Shown here: piece after piece, positions 9,276-18,549 of the stretch
Position numbering within the stretch: position 1 is the stretch's first letter
How the letters are laid out: each line of letters starts with the position of its first letter
Source of the DNA: an uncultured delta proteobacterium
GTDB lineage: Bacteria; Desulfobacterota; BSN033; UBA1163
NCBI GenBank assembly: GCA_963827685.1
Contig: CAWHBU010000003.1
Location: 128,001-192,000, forward strand
DNA length: 64,000 bases
Direction of reading: 5' to 3'
Position numbers and translations under genes: made by a program
Notes under the pieces: model-generated
Databases searched by the model: none
Told to the model about the DNA's origin: nothing
What the model saw: only the letters and a program-made list of their open reading frames with translations

Positions 9276-9374
9276 TGGGGTCAGACTTAAATATTGACAT
9301 TTAAGGACAGAACGAAAATTTATCTTCTTTTTAAAAAGAGCAAGAAAAGATCTCAATAATTAAGTCTGACCCCA
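9276..9374. repeat. Inverted-repeat element (REP/MITE-like)
   Basis: Perfect 15-bp IR TGGGGTCAGACTTAA / TTAAGTCTGACCCCA around AT-rich core. Confidence 0.7.
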
Positions 9375-9475
9375 AAGACATGTCCCAATTGGTAATCATC
9401 GACGGCTTTTCATATCTTGACTCACATTATCTATCCATATTATCATATGGTGGGTTTGAGAAATTCATACATTTT

Positions 9476-10978
9476 ATGAAACTTAAGTCGTCCTCTCTGC
9501 AGATAAATACACTGTTTCCAATTGGGAGATCATTATATGGTGATCTTAACAACAATCTCGAAAAAGAAACATCTATATCTATCGGCCAACAAGAAGGTTT
9601 ATCCCAAATAGATGTTCTTGATAACAAATTGAAACAGCACTTCCATAGGAAAATCAAAATTCAGCCGGAATTGTCACGCCAGATAGTAAGCTTTCAGGCA
9701 AACAAACCCAGACGCTCATACCGCTGGTATAAATATAAGGAAGCTTTTTCTGCAGCACTCGTCGAATATTTATTTTTTAAATACGGAATTCAATCAGGGA
9801 AAGCACTTGACCCCTTTGCAGGAAGCGGAACGGCTTTGTTTGCAGCGAGTGATATGGAAATTGATGTCGATGGGATTGAATTACTTCCTGTTGGACAACA
9901 GATTATTTTTGCAAGGGAGTGCTTGGAAAAAGAATTTACTCAGGCCGATCTTGACTCTTTTAAGCATTGGGCGAAGGAGCGTCCTTGGCATGCATCAAAG
10001 GTAAAAATACCCCTTTCTAAATTGCCTATCACAGAGGGGGCCTATCCGAAAAAAACACTTGATTCAATTGAGCGATACATCGGAGCCTGGCAGAGAGAAA
10101 ACAACAAAGTCCAGTCCGTTGTACGCTTCGCTTTGTTGTGTGTACTTGAGCAAGTCAGTTTTACACGTAAAGATGGGCAGTATCTTCGGTGGGATTATCG
10201 TTCAGGCCGCCGGCAGGGTGCGAAGCCTTTCGATAAAGGGGAGATACTCAATTTCGATAAAGCAATATGCGAAAAAATAAATGAAATTTACCGCGATTTA
10301 GAGGCTGGGAAGGGGTCTGGAGAATTATTTGTTCCCAAAGGCATAAAAGGGAATATTCACCTTTTTTGTGGTTCATGTCTTGATATTATGCCGACTCTGC
10401 AGAGGAATTCATACGACGCCGTTGTGACATCTCCACCTTACTGTAATCGTTATGATTATACAAGAACATATGCGTTAGAGTTAGCATTGCTTGGGATAGG
10501 AGAAGAGGGGATCAGCAGGCTTAGACAGGAAATGTTAAGCTGCACAGTGGAAAATAGGGCAAAAGATTTATTGAAAATGAATCCGAAATGGATAAATGCC
10601 ATCGCTGCCGCAGAAAATCAGGAATTGTTGCAGGCAATTTTACGATATCTCGAAGAAGAAAAAGATAAAGGCCAGCTAAACAATAACGGCATTCCAAGAA
10701 TGGTAAGGGGCTATTTCTATGAAATGGCATGCGTTATTAGTGAAATGGCCCGCGTTTTAAAACCCAATGCCCTATCATTCATGGTCAATGACAATGTGCG
10801 TTATGCTGGCGCCAGCATTTCGGTTGATATGATCCTCTGCAACATTGCAGAAAAACTGGGATTCCATGTAGAAAACATTCTTGTTTTGCCAAACGGGAAA
10901 GGAAACAGCAGTCAGCAAATGGGAAAACATGGCCGTGATCCATTAAGAAAGTGTGTCTATGTCTGGAGAAAGCTATAA
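9476..10978 (+). CDS. Amino-DNA methyltransferase (probable m4C; M.AvaI/M.BsoBI-like); start uncertain
   Basis: LDPFAGSGT (SAM binding), TSPPY catalytic motif, GNSSQQMG C-terminus; adjacent to REase. Confidence 0.88.
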   Translation: MKLKSSSLQINTLFPIGRSLYGDLNNNLEKETSISIGQQEGLSQIDVLDNKLKQHFHRKIKIQPELSRQIVSFQANKPRRSYRWYKYKEAFSAALVEYLFFKYGIQSGKALDPFAGSGTALFAASDMEIDVDGIELLPVGQQIIFARECLEKEFTQADLDSFKHWAKERPWHASKVKIPLSKLPITEGAYPKKTLDSIERYIGAWQRENNKVQSVVRFALLCVLEQVSFTRKDGQYLRWDYRSGRRQGAKPFDKGEILNFDKAICEKINEIYRDLEAGKGSGELFVPKGIKGNIHLFCGSCLDIMPTLQRNSYDAVVTSPPYCNRYDYTRTYALELALLGIGEEGISRLRQEMLSCTVENRAKDLLKMNPKWINAIAAAENQELLQAILRYLEEEKDKGQLNNNGIPRMVRGYFYEMACVISEMARVLKPNALSFMVNDNVRYAGASISVDMILCNIAEKLGFHVENILVLPNGKGNSSQQMGKHGRDPLRKCVYVWRKL

Positions 10979-10983
10979 GGTTT

Positions 10984-11934
10984 ATGAAGAAACCGTATCG
11001 CAAACATCTATCCGGCTACACCGATCTGCTAACGACTTATGAAGAAGTTAGAGCCGGTTTTGTCGCCTTAGCATTAGAAAAAAACCGTAGGGCCACTCCG
11101 TTTGTCGAACAAGCAAGATCTCTTAAAACAGCTGCGAGTCAAGCCAAGAATCCTGCCGATCTTCTTAATATTCAGAGCATACAGCTTGCTTTATTGACGG
11201 CCTCAGGAGTGTCAGACAAAGCAATGAAATATCTGGAGTCTAATGACAAATTAGAAGCAATCCAAAAATTGATTGAAAAATACCTCGAACCCGCTGGATC
11301 AGCCTTTGTCGAAGAATTAGTATTTAGATTTCTTTTGACAAGAGGAGATACTTTGGGAGGTTCAATGCGAAATGTCGGTGGAGTTTTAGGTGAGCGTAAA
11401 TTGGCACGAGCAACACTTGCCAACCTTGCACTTGCAGGAATTGCTTATCAATGGCTTCATGCTGACAGCGAAGAATGGATCGTTGGAAAAAGAGATGACG
11501 CTGATGTTGAGCTCTATCTAAATGGGCTTAGTTGGTCAGGCAAAGGCAAAAACCGTACAATGATTTACAACCGCAGGGTTCCATTCATTGGGAAAAATAT
11601 TGATTTGTGCCTTCTCAATTGCTCCCCTGAAGGGTTCGACACTGCCTTTAATAGTCCTTCTCATTACATTGCTCTTGGAGAACTCAAAGGGGGTATTGAT
11701 CCTGCCGGAGCTGATGAACATTGGAAAACGGCAAGGACTTCTTTAACCCGAATACGCAAGGCATTTTCTAAAGAAAAAGCTTCACCACATCTATTTTTCG
11801 TTGGCGCAGCCATCGAACACAGCATGGCCGGAGAAATATGGGGTCAATTAAAAGATGGAACCTTAAGCAATGCCGCCAATCTGACCAACGGAGATCAAGT
11901 AGCTTCTTTATGTGGATGGTTGTGTAGTCTGTAA
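10984..11934 (+). CDS. Type II restriction endonuclease, AvaI/BsoBI family (probably CYCGRG)
   Basis: RFLLTRGDTLGGSMRN and ELKGGIDPAGADEHWKTA signatures. Confidence 0.88.
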   Translation: MKKPYRKHLSGYTDLLTTYEEVRAGFVALALEKNRRATPFVEQARSLKTAASQAKNPADLLNIQSIQLALLTASGVSDKAMKYLESNDKLEAIQKLIEKYLEPAGSAFVEELVFRFLLTRGDTLGGSMRNVGGVLGERKLARATLANLALAGIAYQWLHADSEEWIVGKRDDADVELYLNGLSWSGKGKNRTMIYNRRVPFIGKNIDLCLLNCSPEGFDTAFNSPSHYIALGELKGGIDPAGADEHWKTARTSLTRIRKAFSKEKASPHLFFVGAAIEHSMAGEIWGQLKDGTLSNAANLTNGDQVASLCGWLCSL

Positions 11935-12077
11935 CCTAGAACAGAAATTTTAAATGTAGATGTTAAATTCCGTGATCTTTTAATGGGTGTTTCTTTAAAA
12001 GGGTAATCTATACGAGGGTATTCAAGAATGGCACAAATTCACCCTGAACGACGCGTGCGGCATCTGCAAACTCAGAA

Positions 12078-12419
12078 CATCGCGTATTAACAAAATTAAT
12101 AAACAAAATAAAAGGAAATGGGGTCAATAATACTCAGATAATGTCAATGCTCAGTGGATATTTTGAAGATATGTTCTTAGTATTTAAAGAGATCTATAGA
12201 TGCCTTCGCAACGGAGGAAAAGTTGCAGTAGTTGTCAGCAATGTTAGGTTTTCTGGCGTTAATGTGCCTGTGGATGAAATCCTTTTCGAAATCGGAGAGC
12301 AAGCCGGATTATATGCTCGTTATATCTGGGTTGCAAGGTATAGGGGAAATAGTTCTCAACAAATGAAGACCTATTCTCGCGAACCATCCAGAGAAAGCAT
12401 TGTTTTTTGGAATAAGTAA
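12078..12419 (+). pseudogene. C-terminal remnant of a second AvaI-type DNA methyltransferase
   Basis: GYFEDM, VSNVRFSG, RGNSSQQMK paralogous to C-terminus of 9476 MTase; frame open upstream of 12141 but SAM-binding and SPPY motifs absent. Confidence 0.75.
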
Positions 12420-13188
12420 AAATGACAAAGAAAAAAATAGTTTATTTATTTGGCGCTGGTGCTACTCAGGCCGTTATCAAGGAAATTGACCCTGAAAAGA
12501 GCTTAATGACTGAGGACATACGGGAGTTAATAGGATCGAAATACTCTAAAAAAGGGATTGACCCAGCGATTTGGAATGAGCTAGTTACAAAGGAAACTGA
12601 TATTGAACACCTAATATCCGTCCTTGAATCTCATTATAATTATTCAACTTCCGATAAAATAAGAAAATATTATTGGCAAGCCGTGGTAAGGTTAATCAAA
12701 GACCTATCAAAATCACCTCCGGCGAATCTATACACTGTTTTATATGATCTTCATAAAAATGTAGAAAGTCTGGAAGAGGAGTTAATTTGCTTCATAACAC
12801 TGAATTATGAAGATCTTCTGGAACAATCTCTAAAAAAACATCTAAAATTTGATATAGACTATGCAATTGATACTGCGAGCAATAGGAGCAAAAAAAATAA
12901 GGCGAGAATATTGAAATTACATGGTTCTTTCAATTGGATTAATACCAGACCAATTCAGATAAAAAGTATGACAGCAATTCAACATAAGAAAACATTATGG
13001 ATACCGCCGGGGGTCGAGAAGCGAAAGGACAATTATCCTTTTAACTTGCTATGGGGTGAAGCGCTAGAATGTTTGATGGAATGCGATATTGTAAGACTAA
13101 TAGTGGAGTGCACCCCTGAAACTGGACAAAATGTGTTAGAGTGGTGACAGGATCTTAGCCCCCTGAATGGGGGAGAAAGGATCTTGTC

Positions 13189-13536
13189 ATGAGAAACCAA
13201 CGGCGCTTTTCTCCAGAACTTAAACGTTCTATCGTCGAAGAGCTTTTGAGCCAAACCTCCTCTCCTGCCCAGATCTGTCGACGCCATAATATCTCCTCCG
13301 GCCTCCTCTATCATTGGAAAAGACAATATGCCCGAGGGAAATTCGGCAATGAACCGACCAAGGAAGCAGCCCTGGCCGATCGCGTCGAACAGCTGGAACG
13401 ACTGGTCGGCCAGTTGACCCTGGAAAAAGAGTTCTTAAAAAAAGCCTTGAAACATACCCTCGAAAAAGCCGACAGAAGAGAGAATTCCTTCTCCATCACC
13501 TCCATAAAGGAATCCAAGGGGGGTGTCAGCTCATGA
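13189..13536 (+). CDS. IS3 transposase OrfA (HTH)
   Basis: RRFSPELKRSIV..ICRRHNIS..LLYHWK, LEKEFLKKA. Confidence 0.9.
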   Translation: MRNQRRFSPELKRSIVEELLSQTSSPAQICRRHNISSGLLYHWKRQYARGKFGNEPTKEAALADRVEQLERLVGQLTLEKEFLKKALKHTLEKADRRENSFSITSIKESKGGVSS

Positions 13537-14357
13537 ATCTTCCGAGGAGTAGCTTCTATTATCCGCCGAGAGAGAAAACGCCCTCTCAACAAGAACAGGA
13601 GAAGACTCTCGAGGGACGGATTGAAGCCCTCTGTTTGGAATTCCCTCGCTATGGCTATCGAAGGGTAACGGCTCAGTTGCATCGTGAAGGTCTTCTCATC
13701 AACCACAAGAAAGTCCTTAAGATCATGAAAGCCAATGATTTAGTCTGCCGCCCGCACAGGAAATGGGTCAGAACGACCCAGAGCGATCATGGCTACCCCC
13801 TCTATCCCAATCTTCTGAAGGATCGTCCTATTACGGCCATCAATCAGGCTTGGGTTGCCGATATTACCTATATCCGTATTACTTCGTGCTTTGTCTATCT
13901 GTCTGTTCTGTTGGATCTCTTCTCTCGAAAGGCTATCGGCTATGCGGTGTCTCAAAGTCTTCATGCCTCATTGACTCTTCAAGCCTTAGGGATGGCTTTG
14001 TCTCAAAGGGACCCTCCCCGAGGCTGCATCCACCACTCTGACCAAGGGGTTCAGTATGCCTCTTGGGAGTATGTTCAAAGGTTGAAGAATCACCATTTTC
14101 AAATCAGCATGGCTCGTAGAGGAAACCCCTATGATAATGCCTTTGCTGAGAGCTTTATTAAGACCCTCAAGAGTGAGGAAATCGATCTTTGGGAGTATCG
14201 GACTCTTGAGGACGTTCACCAACGACTTCCCTTTTTTATTGAAGAAGTGTATAACAAGAAACGATTGCACTCTGCACTGGGATATTTACCCCCAGATGAA
14301 TTTGAAGCCATGGTCATAAAGACTAATAACTTTCTACACCCCTGTCTATCACTCTAA
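13533..14357 (+). CDS. IS3 transposase OrfB (rve DDE)
   Basis: YGYRRVT, WVADITY, HHSDQGVQY, DNAFAESF, YN..RLHSALGY; ATGA overlap with orfA. Confidence 0.92.
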   Translation: MNLPRSSFYYPPREKTPSQQEQEKTLEGRIEALCLEFPRYGYRRVTAQLHREGLLINHKKVLKIMKANDLVCRPHRKWVRTTQSDHGYPLYPNLLKDRPITAINQAWVADITYIRITSCFVYLSVLLDLFSRKAIGYAVSQSLHASLTLQALGMALSQRDPPRGCIHHSDQGVQYASWEYVQRLKNHHFQISMARRGNPYDNAFAESFIKTLKSEEIDLWEYRTLEDVHQRLPFFIEEVYNKKRLHSALGYLPPDEFEAMVIKTNNFLHPCLSL

Positions 14358-14786
14358 GTTTGATTGTCCAATCCCAGGGGTTCAGTCCATAGGTTGCTCA
14401 CTGAGTCAAAATGACTGGGGACTGATCCCAATACTCTATACGGCGCAACGATTTAATAATAAAGGTCAAAACATAAAAATCGAAATAATAGACTTTATGA
14501 AAGCGGGGGAAAATATTAAGAAGAATTACCGATATCTTGATGTGAAACAAATCAACGAGATCGAGGAAATCATTGCATACTATAGACGTCAATTACCAGA
14601 TTCATCAGACGAAGAGCGTAATAAGGAGATGATTACCCAATTTTCTGACAAGGACAAAATGAATCCATTCAAGATATGGCTTGATGCAAAAATAGACCAA
14701 ATAGTTAAAGAAGACAATGATAAAGGAACAGACAGCATAAAGACAGCAAACTTTGTTCGTAATTTTTATTACAAGGAACCCAGCCT

Positions 14787-15908
14787 ATGAATAAAACAAA
14801 TATTAAGTGGACGATTAAAAGCCTTCTAGAAAAATATGATGCTATCGAGTTCCCTGAATACCAACGAGAACCTTCAGTTTGGAATCTAGATAAAAAGCAA
14901 AAGCTTATAGATTCAATACTACGAAAATTTGATATTGCTACCATTTACCTGTACAAGCGCGATGATGGCAACTACGAATGTATTGATGGGCGGCAGAGAA
15001 TCAATGCAATTATATCTTTTCTTGGTTTAAATGAACAAACTGATTCTGCCGGAGACGGTAGCAGTTCTGACAATAATTTCAAATTTATGAGCTCAGATGA
15101 GCTCCTTGGTTCAAGAGATTTGGAAGCTTTTAACAACAAAAGATGGGGTGATCTTAATGCCAAGCAACAAAAGGATTTTCTGGATTATGAATTCAATGTA
15201 CTCGAAGTAACGGATATTGATAAGGATGCTGAGCTTAACTTGATGTTTTTGAGATTGCAACTGGGAGCATCCCTCAACGCAGGGGAAAAGCTAAACGCAA
15301 TGGTTGGGGATATGAGAGATTTAATTTTTAAAGAATCTACGACCCCACCACCTTTAGGGCAACATCCATATCTTGACTATTTAGAAATCCAACAAAGAAG
15401 ATTCTCCAGAGAACTAACCGCTGCCCAAATAACTATGAATTTCTTTTCGCTTAAGAAAACAGGTGAGTTCAAAAGAGCAAGATTTAAAGATTTACAGGAA
15501 TTCTTCAAGGAAAATCTAAAATTTGGCCAGGAGGAGAAAGGGATGACATCATTATTAAGAGCAAGATTAGATGCGATTCACAAGACCTTACCGAAGGCAC
15601 CTAAGGTGAGACTAAAGAATCGCGCTATTGGTGTAAGCACTTTTTTCTTTGTAAATGAAATGATCGAACGTAAGCAGGATGGTGACATACTCACGTTTTT
15701 AAAATTTCTTCAGTTATTTTTAAAGAGACTAAAAGAGCAGGTGGAAAAAGGGATAGATATTGACCGACAATATAAAGATCTTCTAAAGTTTCAGACCTAT
15801 ATATCTCAAGCAGCCGTTGAAAAATATGCTATAGAAAGCCGCCAAAAATTCTTAAGAGAGTACTTTGATCATTATTTAAAACACAACAAAAAGATTAAAG
15901 GTGATTAA
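14787..15908 (+). CDS. DUF262 (ParB/Srx-like, GmrS-type) domain protein
   Basis: FPEYQRE..VW, IDSIL, IDGRQRINAI, MFLRLQ.G..LN. Confidence 0.85.
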   Translation: MNKTNIKWTIKSLLEKYDAIEFPEYQREPSVWNLDKKQKLIDSILRKFDIATIYLYKRDDGNYECIDGRQRINAIISFLGLNEQTDSAGDGSSSDNNFKFMSSDELLGSRDLEAFNNKRWGDLNAKQQKDFLDYEFNVLEVTDIDKDAELNLMFLRLQLGASLNAGEKLNAMVGDMRDLIFKESTTPPPLGQHPYLDYLEIQQRRFSRELTAAQITMNFFSLKKTGEFKRARFKDLQEFFKENLKFGQEEKGMTSLLRARLDAIHKTLPKAPKVRLKNRAIGVSTFFFVNEMIERKQDGDILTFLKFLQLFLKRLKEQVEKGIDIDRQYKDLLKFQTYISQAAVEKYAIESRQKFLREYFDHYLKHNKKIKGD

Positions 15909-15951
15909 CTCCGTTCGATTTGGAAGCTCATAGGAAGAAAAGAAGGGTCCG

Positions 15952-16071
15952 CCTGCTCGGGAAAAGTCGATGAATCCTCGTTTTACATCAGTCGCGATGA
16001 GCTGAACGCGAACTCGATTCTCATTTGCCTTGACAAAGCATCAAGACTACATTGACAAGAGCCAGCCCATC
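15952..16071 (-). repeat. Direct repeat C copy 1, includes RNB-ribonuclease-like 3' end
   Basis: Homologous to 18240-18514; minus strand reads RVRVQLIATDVKRGFIDFSR. Confidence 0.75.
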
Positions 16072-16158
16072 GATAAAGAGAGATGGGGACGTTCGTGCAA
16101 AGAGGAATAATTTCCTGTCACTTGTAATGGGGTAGAACAGGAAGTATCGAACACGCGG

Positions 16159-17079
16159 CTATACGCCAAGGTAGTCCCGGAGTTTTCGCAGTGCCTCCCG
16201 GTGTTTCCCCTTGGTCATTCGGCCTATATTTAGAAGCTTCCATTGAACGGCAGGAAGATTCTCGATTCCGGGCACGCCCAACAAATTCCACTGGGGTTTT
16301 CCCTCTTTAACAGATACGATAAACTGCCTTTCGTCCCGGGTCATTTCCTTGCGAAGCTTGGATACCAATTGCTCTCCTATAGTCCTCAGCTCCTCTGGCG
16401 TGACCGGTTCGACCACCATCCCCTGAAATTCTCTCTCGAAGACCGGGCGCAGATCACCCCATTGTGGATTGAGGATTTCGACCATCGGTCGGGAGTGACT
16501 GACAAGGTAGACAAGAAAGGCCTTGCGTACTTTCTCCGGAAACCCCTCATTCTTGAACAGCATATCGATGTCGAAAAGATCTCTCGGATGCTGCCGGTCC
16601 AGAGCTGCACAGGCCTTCCCTCCATAAAGATCCTCGAATGAAAGGGTGCGGGCTTCGATCGAAAGCTCAAAGAAATCCTGTGCCCTCTGACAGAGGGTTC
16701 TCGTTTCTGTTGGAAATACCGATCCTCTCAGGACAGGGTTCGGTTCTATTTTGACCGCTGCATCGTCACGGCGGAATAGCAAACCGGCTAAAATATCCAG
16801 GTCATGATCTTTCTTGGGAAACACGCGAACGCCGGCAATTTTTTTCTCAACCTTTTCGGAGATTCGAAGAAGGGCTTTGTCGATGTCATTTAAAGCAGTC
16901 TCACGGTCGTTAACCGGAAGATAGGTCAGGTCAATATCGACGGAAAGACGGGGAAGATCCCTTAAGAAGAAGTTGATCGCGGTCCCTCCCTTCAAGGCAA
17001 AGATTTCCTCTTCGTTTACAAAGGGCAAAACCCGAAGGAGCAATTCTGCCTGCCTGAAAAAGACCGTGTCTTTTTTCAA
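16159..17079 (-). CDS. abiEii: Type IV TA toxin, AbiEii-family nucleotidyltransferase
   Basis: FALKGGTAIN, PRLSVDIDL, GGK..AALDRQHPRDLFD. Confidence 0.9.
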   Translation of the reverse strand: MKKDTVFFRQAELLLRVLPFVNEEEIFALKGGTAINFFLRDLPRLSVDIDLTYLPVNDRETALNDIDKALLRISEKVEKKIAGVRVFPKKDHDLDILAGLLFRRDDAAVKIEPNPVLRGSVFPTETRTLCQRAQDFFELSIEARTLSFEDLYGGKACAALDRQHPRDLFDIDMLFKNEGFPEKVRKAFLVYLVSHSRPMVEILNPQWGDLRPVFEREFQGMVVEPVTPEELRTIGEQLVSKLRKEMTRDERQFIVSVKEGKPQWNLLGVPGIENLPAVQWKLLNIGRMTKGKHREALRKLRDYLGV

Positions 17080-17855
17080 ACTGTTCCTTCTCTCCTTACC
17101 CTGGGGACCGTGATTTGATACTTGGGATCGAGTTCTCCCCCGGATACGATCCTCCGCTTCCCTCTGCCGAAATCTATCCGTGAAAGATTAAGCTTTTCCA
17201 CCCAGGGATGCCTATGTTTTTCGGCCATGTACATGAAAAGCCTTTTAACTTTGATAAAGCGGCATATTTCGAGAAGCTTTTGAACGATCTCGGGCCTGAG
17301 CGTAACAAGGCTCTCCATGATGAGAAGCGACTCCTCGAAGCTTACCTTCTCCGGAACGAGGTAAAGCATCTCCATGGCCGCCCGCTCCGGCGAGGATATC
17401 CGAATGGAGAACTCCCTCTCCTTCCATTCGGAGAATCCGTCACGGTTGTTTTCAGGGAAAAGGCTCGTCCGGGTCACAACAAGGCGAAGACTAAGTCGTT
17501 CTCCTGAGAACCAGGCGGGTAGGACGATCCCAGGCTGAGCGTAAAGAAAGAGGGTTCTTGTCTCCTCAGGAACGTAGTGACCGTAACCCTTGAGTTCAAG
17601 GGCCGTCTTCCCTCCTGCGTGAACTTCAAGCTCAAGCTGGGATTGAACCGCGTATAAGGCTCCGGGCCACTCGACCCGATCTTCAGGGAGGATGTAGGCC
17701 CCTTGGCCAAAAGATTTAATCCAGCCGCTACGGCGATATTTCGTCAGGAGATCGTAAGTAAACCCTTGCCGTTTCAGGTAAGAAGCCGTTGCAACGGTTC
17801 CCCTGGACCACTTACGGATGAGCTGGTTTATTTTTGTTGTTTTTTCATTACCCAT
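17076..17855 (-). CDS. abiEi: Type IV TA antitoxin, AbiEi family
   Basis: Y.RSGW....G.GAY, HAGGKTALELKG, SSPERAAME, IKVKRLFMY; overlaps toxin start. Confidence 0.88.
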   Translation of the reverse strand: MGNEKTTKINQLIRKWSRGTVATASYLKRQGFTYDLLTKYRRSGWIKSFGQGAYILPEDRVEWPGALYAVQSQLELEVHAGGKTALELKGYGHYVPEETRTLFLYAQPGIVLPAWFSGERLSLRLVVTRTSLFPENNRDGFSEWKEREFSIRISSPERAAMEMLYLVPEKVSFEESLLIMESLVTLRPEIVQKLLEICRFIKVKRLFMYMAEKHRHPWVEKLNLSRIDFGRGKRRIVSGGELDPKYQITVPRVRREGTV

Positions 17856-18239
17856 GGTACTTAAATAACAATAATCTTAAACCAAAGTCAAGTGGGAAGT
17901 TTAAAAAAGTCGGAATTTCATTACTGGAAGGCAAGAAATAACCGTTTTCTTAAACCGTAACAAAGGGCTTCCGATCCAGAGCAATTGTTGTGCGTCATTT
18001 CCGGGGAAGCACAACTCGGTACGAGTCGGTGCGGTACGACCGAGTCGACTCCGACTCGATTCCGACAGGGGAGTATACTCGTCAACGAAGGGGACATAGG
18101 TTCTAAAACAACTTGACACCGTTGGCCCTTTTTAAAGAAGCGTTAAATGTGGGAAATACCTTAATCAGGACAAATACAAATAATCCGCTTCATCTCTTTC
18201 CCTGCCGGGACGGGCGAATATCAATCCCCCTGTCTTCAT

Positions 18240-18514
18240 CCTGCTTGGGCGAAGTCGATGAATGCTCGTTCTACATCAGTCCTTATTAATACAAACGCAA
18301 TAAGCAGATTGTCATTACGAAGAGTTAGGCGATGAAGTAATCTCATCAAAAACGAGATTGCCACGCTTGCGCGCCGGAGCGCTTCAGCGCGCAGGCACGC
18401 CCTTTGGGCTCGCAATGACAAGTTATTCAAAGCGTTTGTATCAGCTCAACGCGAACTCGATTCTCATTTGTCTTGCCAAAGTATCAAGATTAGATTGACA
18501 AGAGCCAGCCCATC
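18240..18514 (-). repeat. Direct repeat C copy 2, interrupted by MITE
   Basis: Minus strand RVRVEL/IRTDVERAFIDFAQAG*; homologous to 15952-16071. Confidence 0.75.
18289..18441. mobile_element. MITE (TIR ATACAAACGC) enclosing GTCATT...AATGAC palindrome
   Basis: Absent from repeat C copy 1; same TIR family at 21116-21302 and 25563-25682. Confidence 0.75.
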
Positions 18515-18523
18515 AACTATTCT
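18495..18523 (+). promoter_or_regulatory. Sigma70-type promoter for 18550 gene
   Basis: TTGACA-N17-TATTCT. Confidence 0.55.
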
Positions 18524-18549
18524 TTTTTCAGAGGAAAGGAGAGCGAGCC

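Larger units (their letters stand above)
13104..14389 (+). mobile_element. IS3-family insertion sequence
   Basis: TG...CA ends, imperfect TIRs TGGAGTGCACCCCTG / CAGGGGTTCAGTCCA, 3-bp TAG duplication (13101-03, 14390-92). Confidence 0.92.
12422..14790 (+). pseudogene. SIR2-family (NADase-like) protein interrupted by IS3; 359 aa when rejoined
   Basis: LFGAGAT, ITLNYE, LKLHGSFNW, IPPG; removing IS and one TAG restores frame CDIVRL-IGCSLSQND... to stop at 14790. Confidence 0.88.

Noticed and set aside
12009-12050. Third copy of repeat B (GAGGGTATTC...ACAAATTCAC.CTGAA)
   Set aside because: Matches are too short and gapped to distinguish from chance by eye.
13104-13147. C-terminus VECTPETGQNVLEW of ORF 12422..13147, and separate ORF 14497..14790
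   Set aside because: The first is read-through into the IS3 end; the second is the distal part of the same SIR2 gene.
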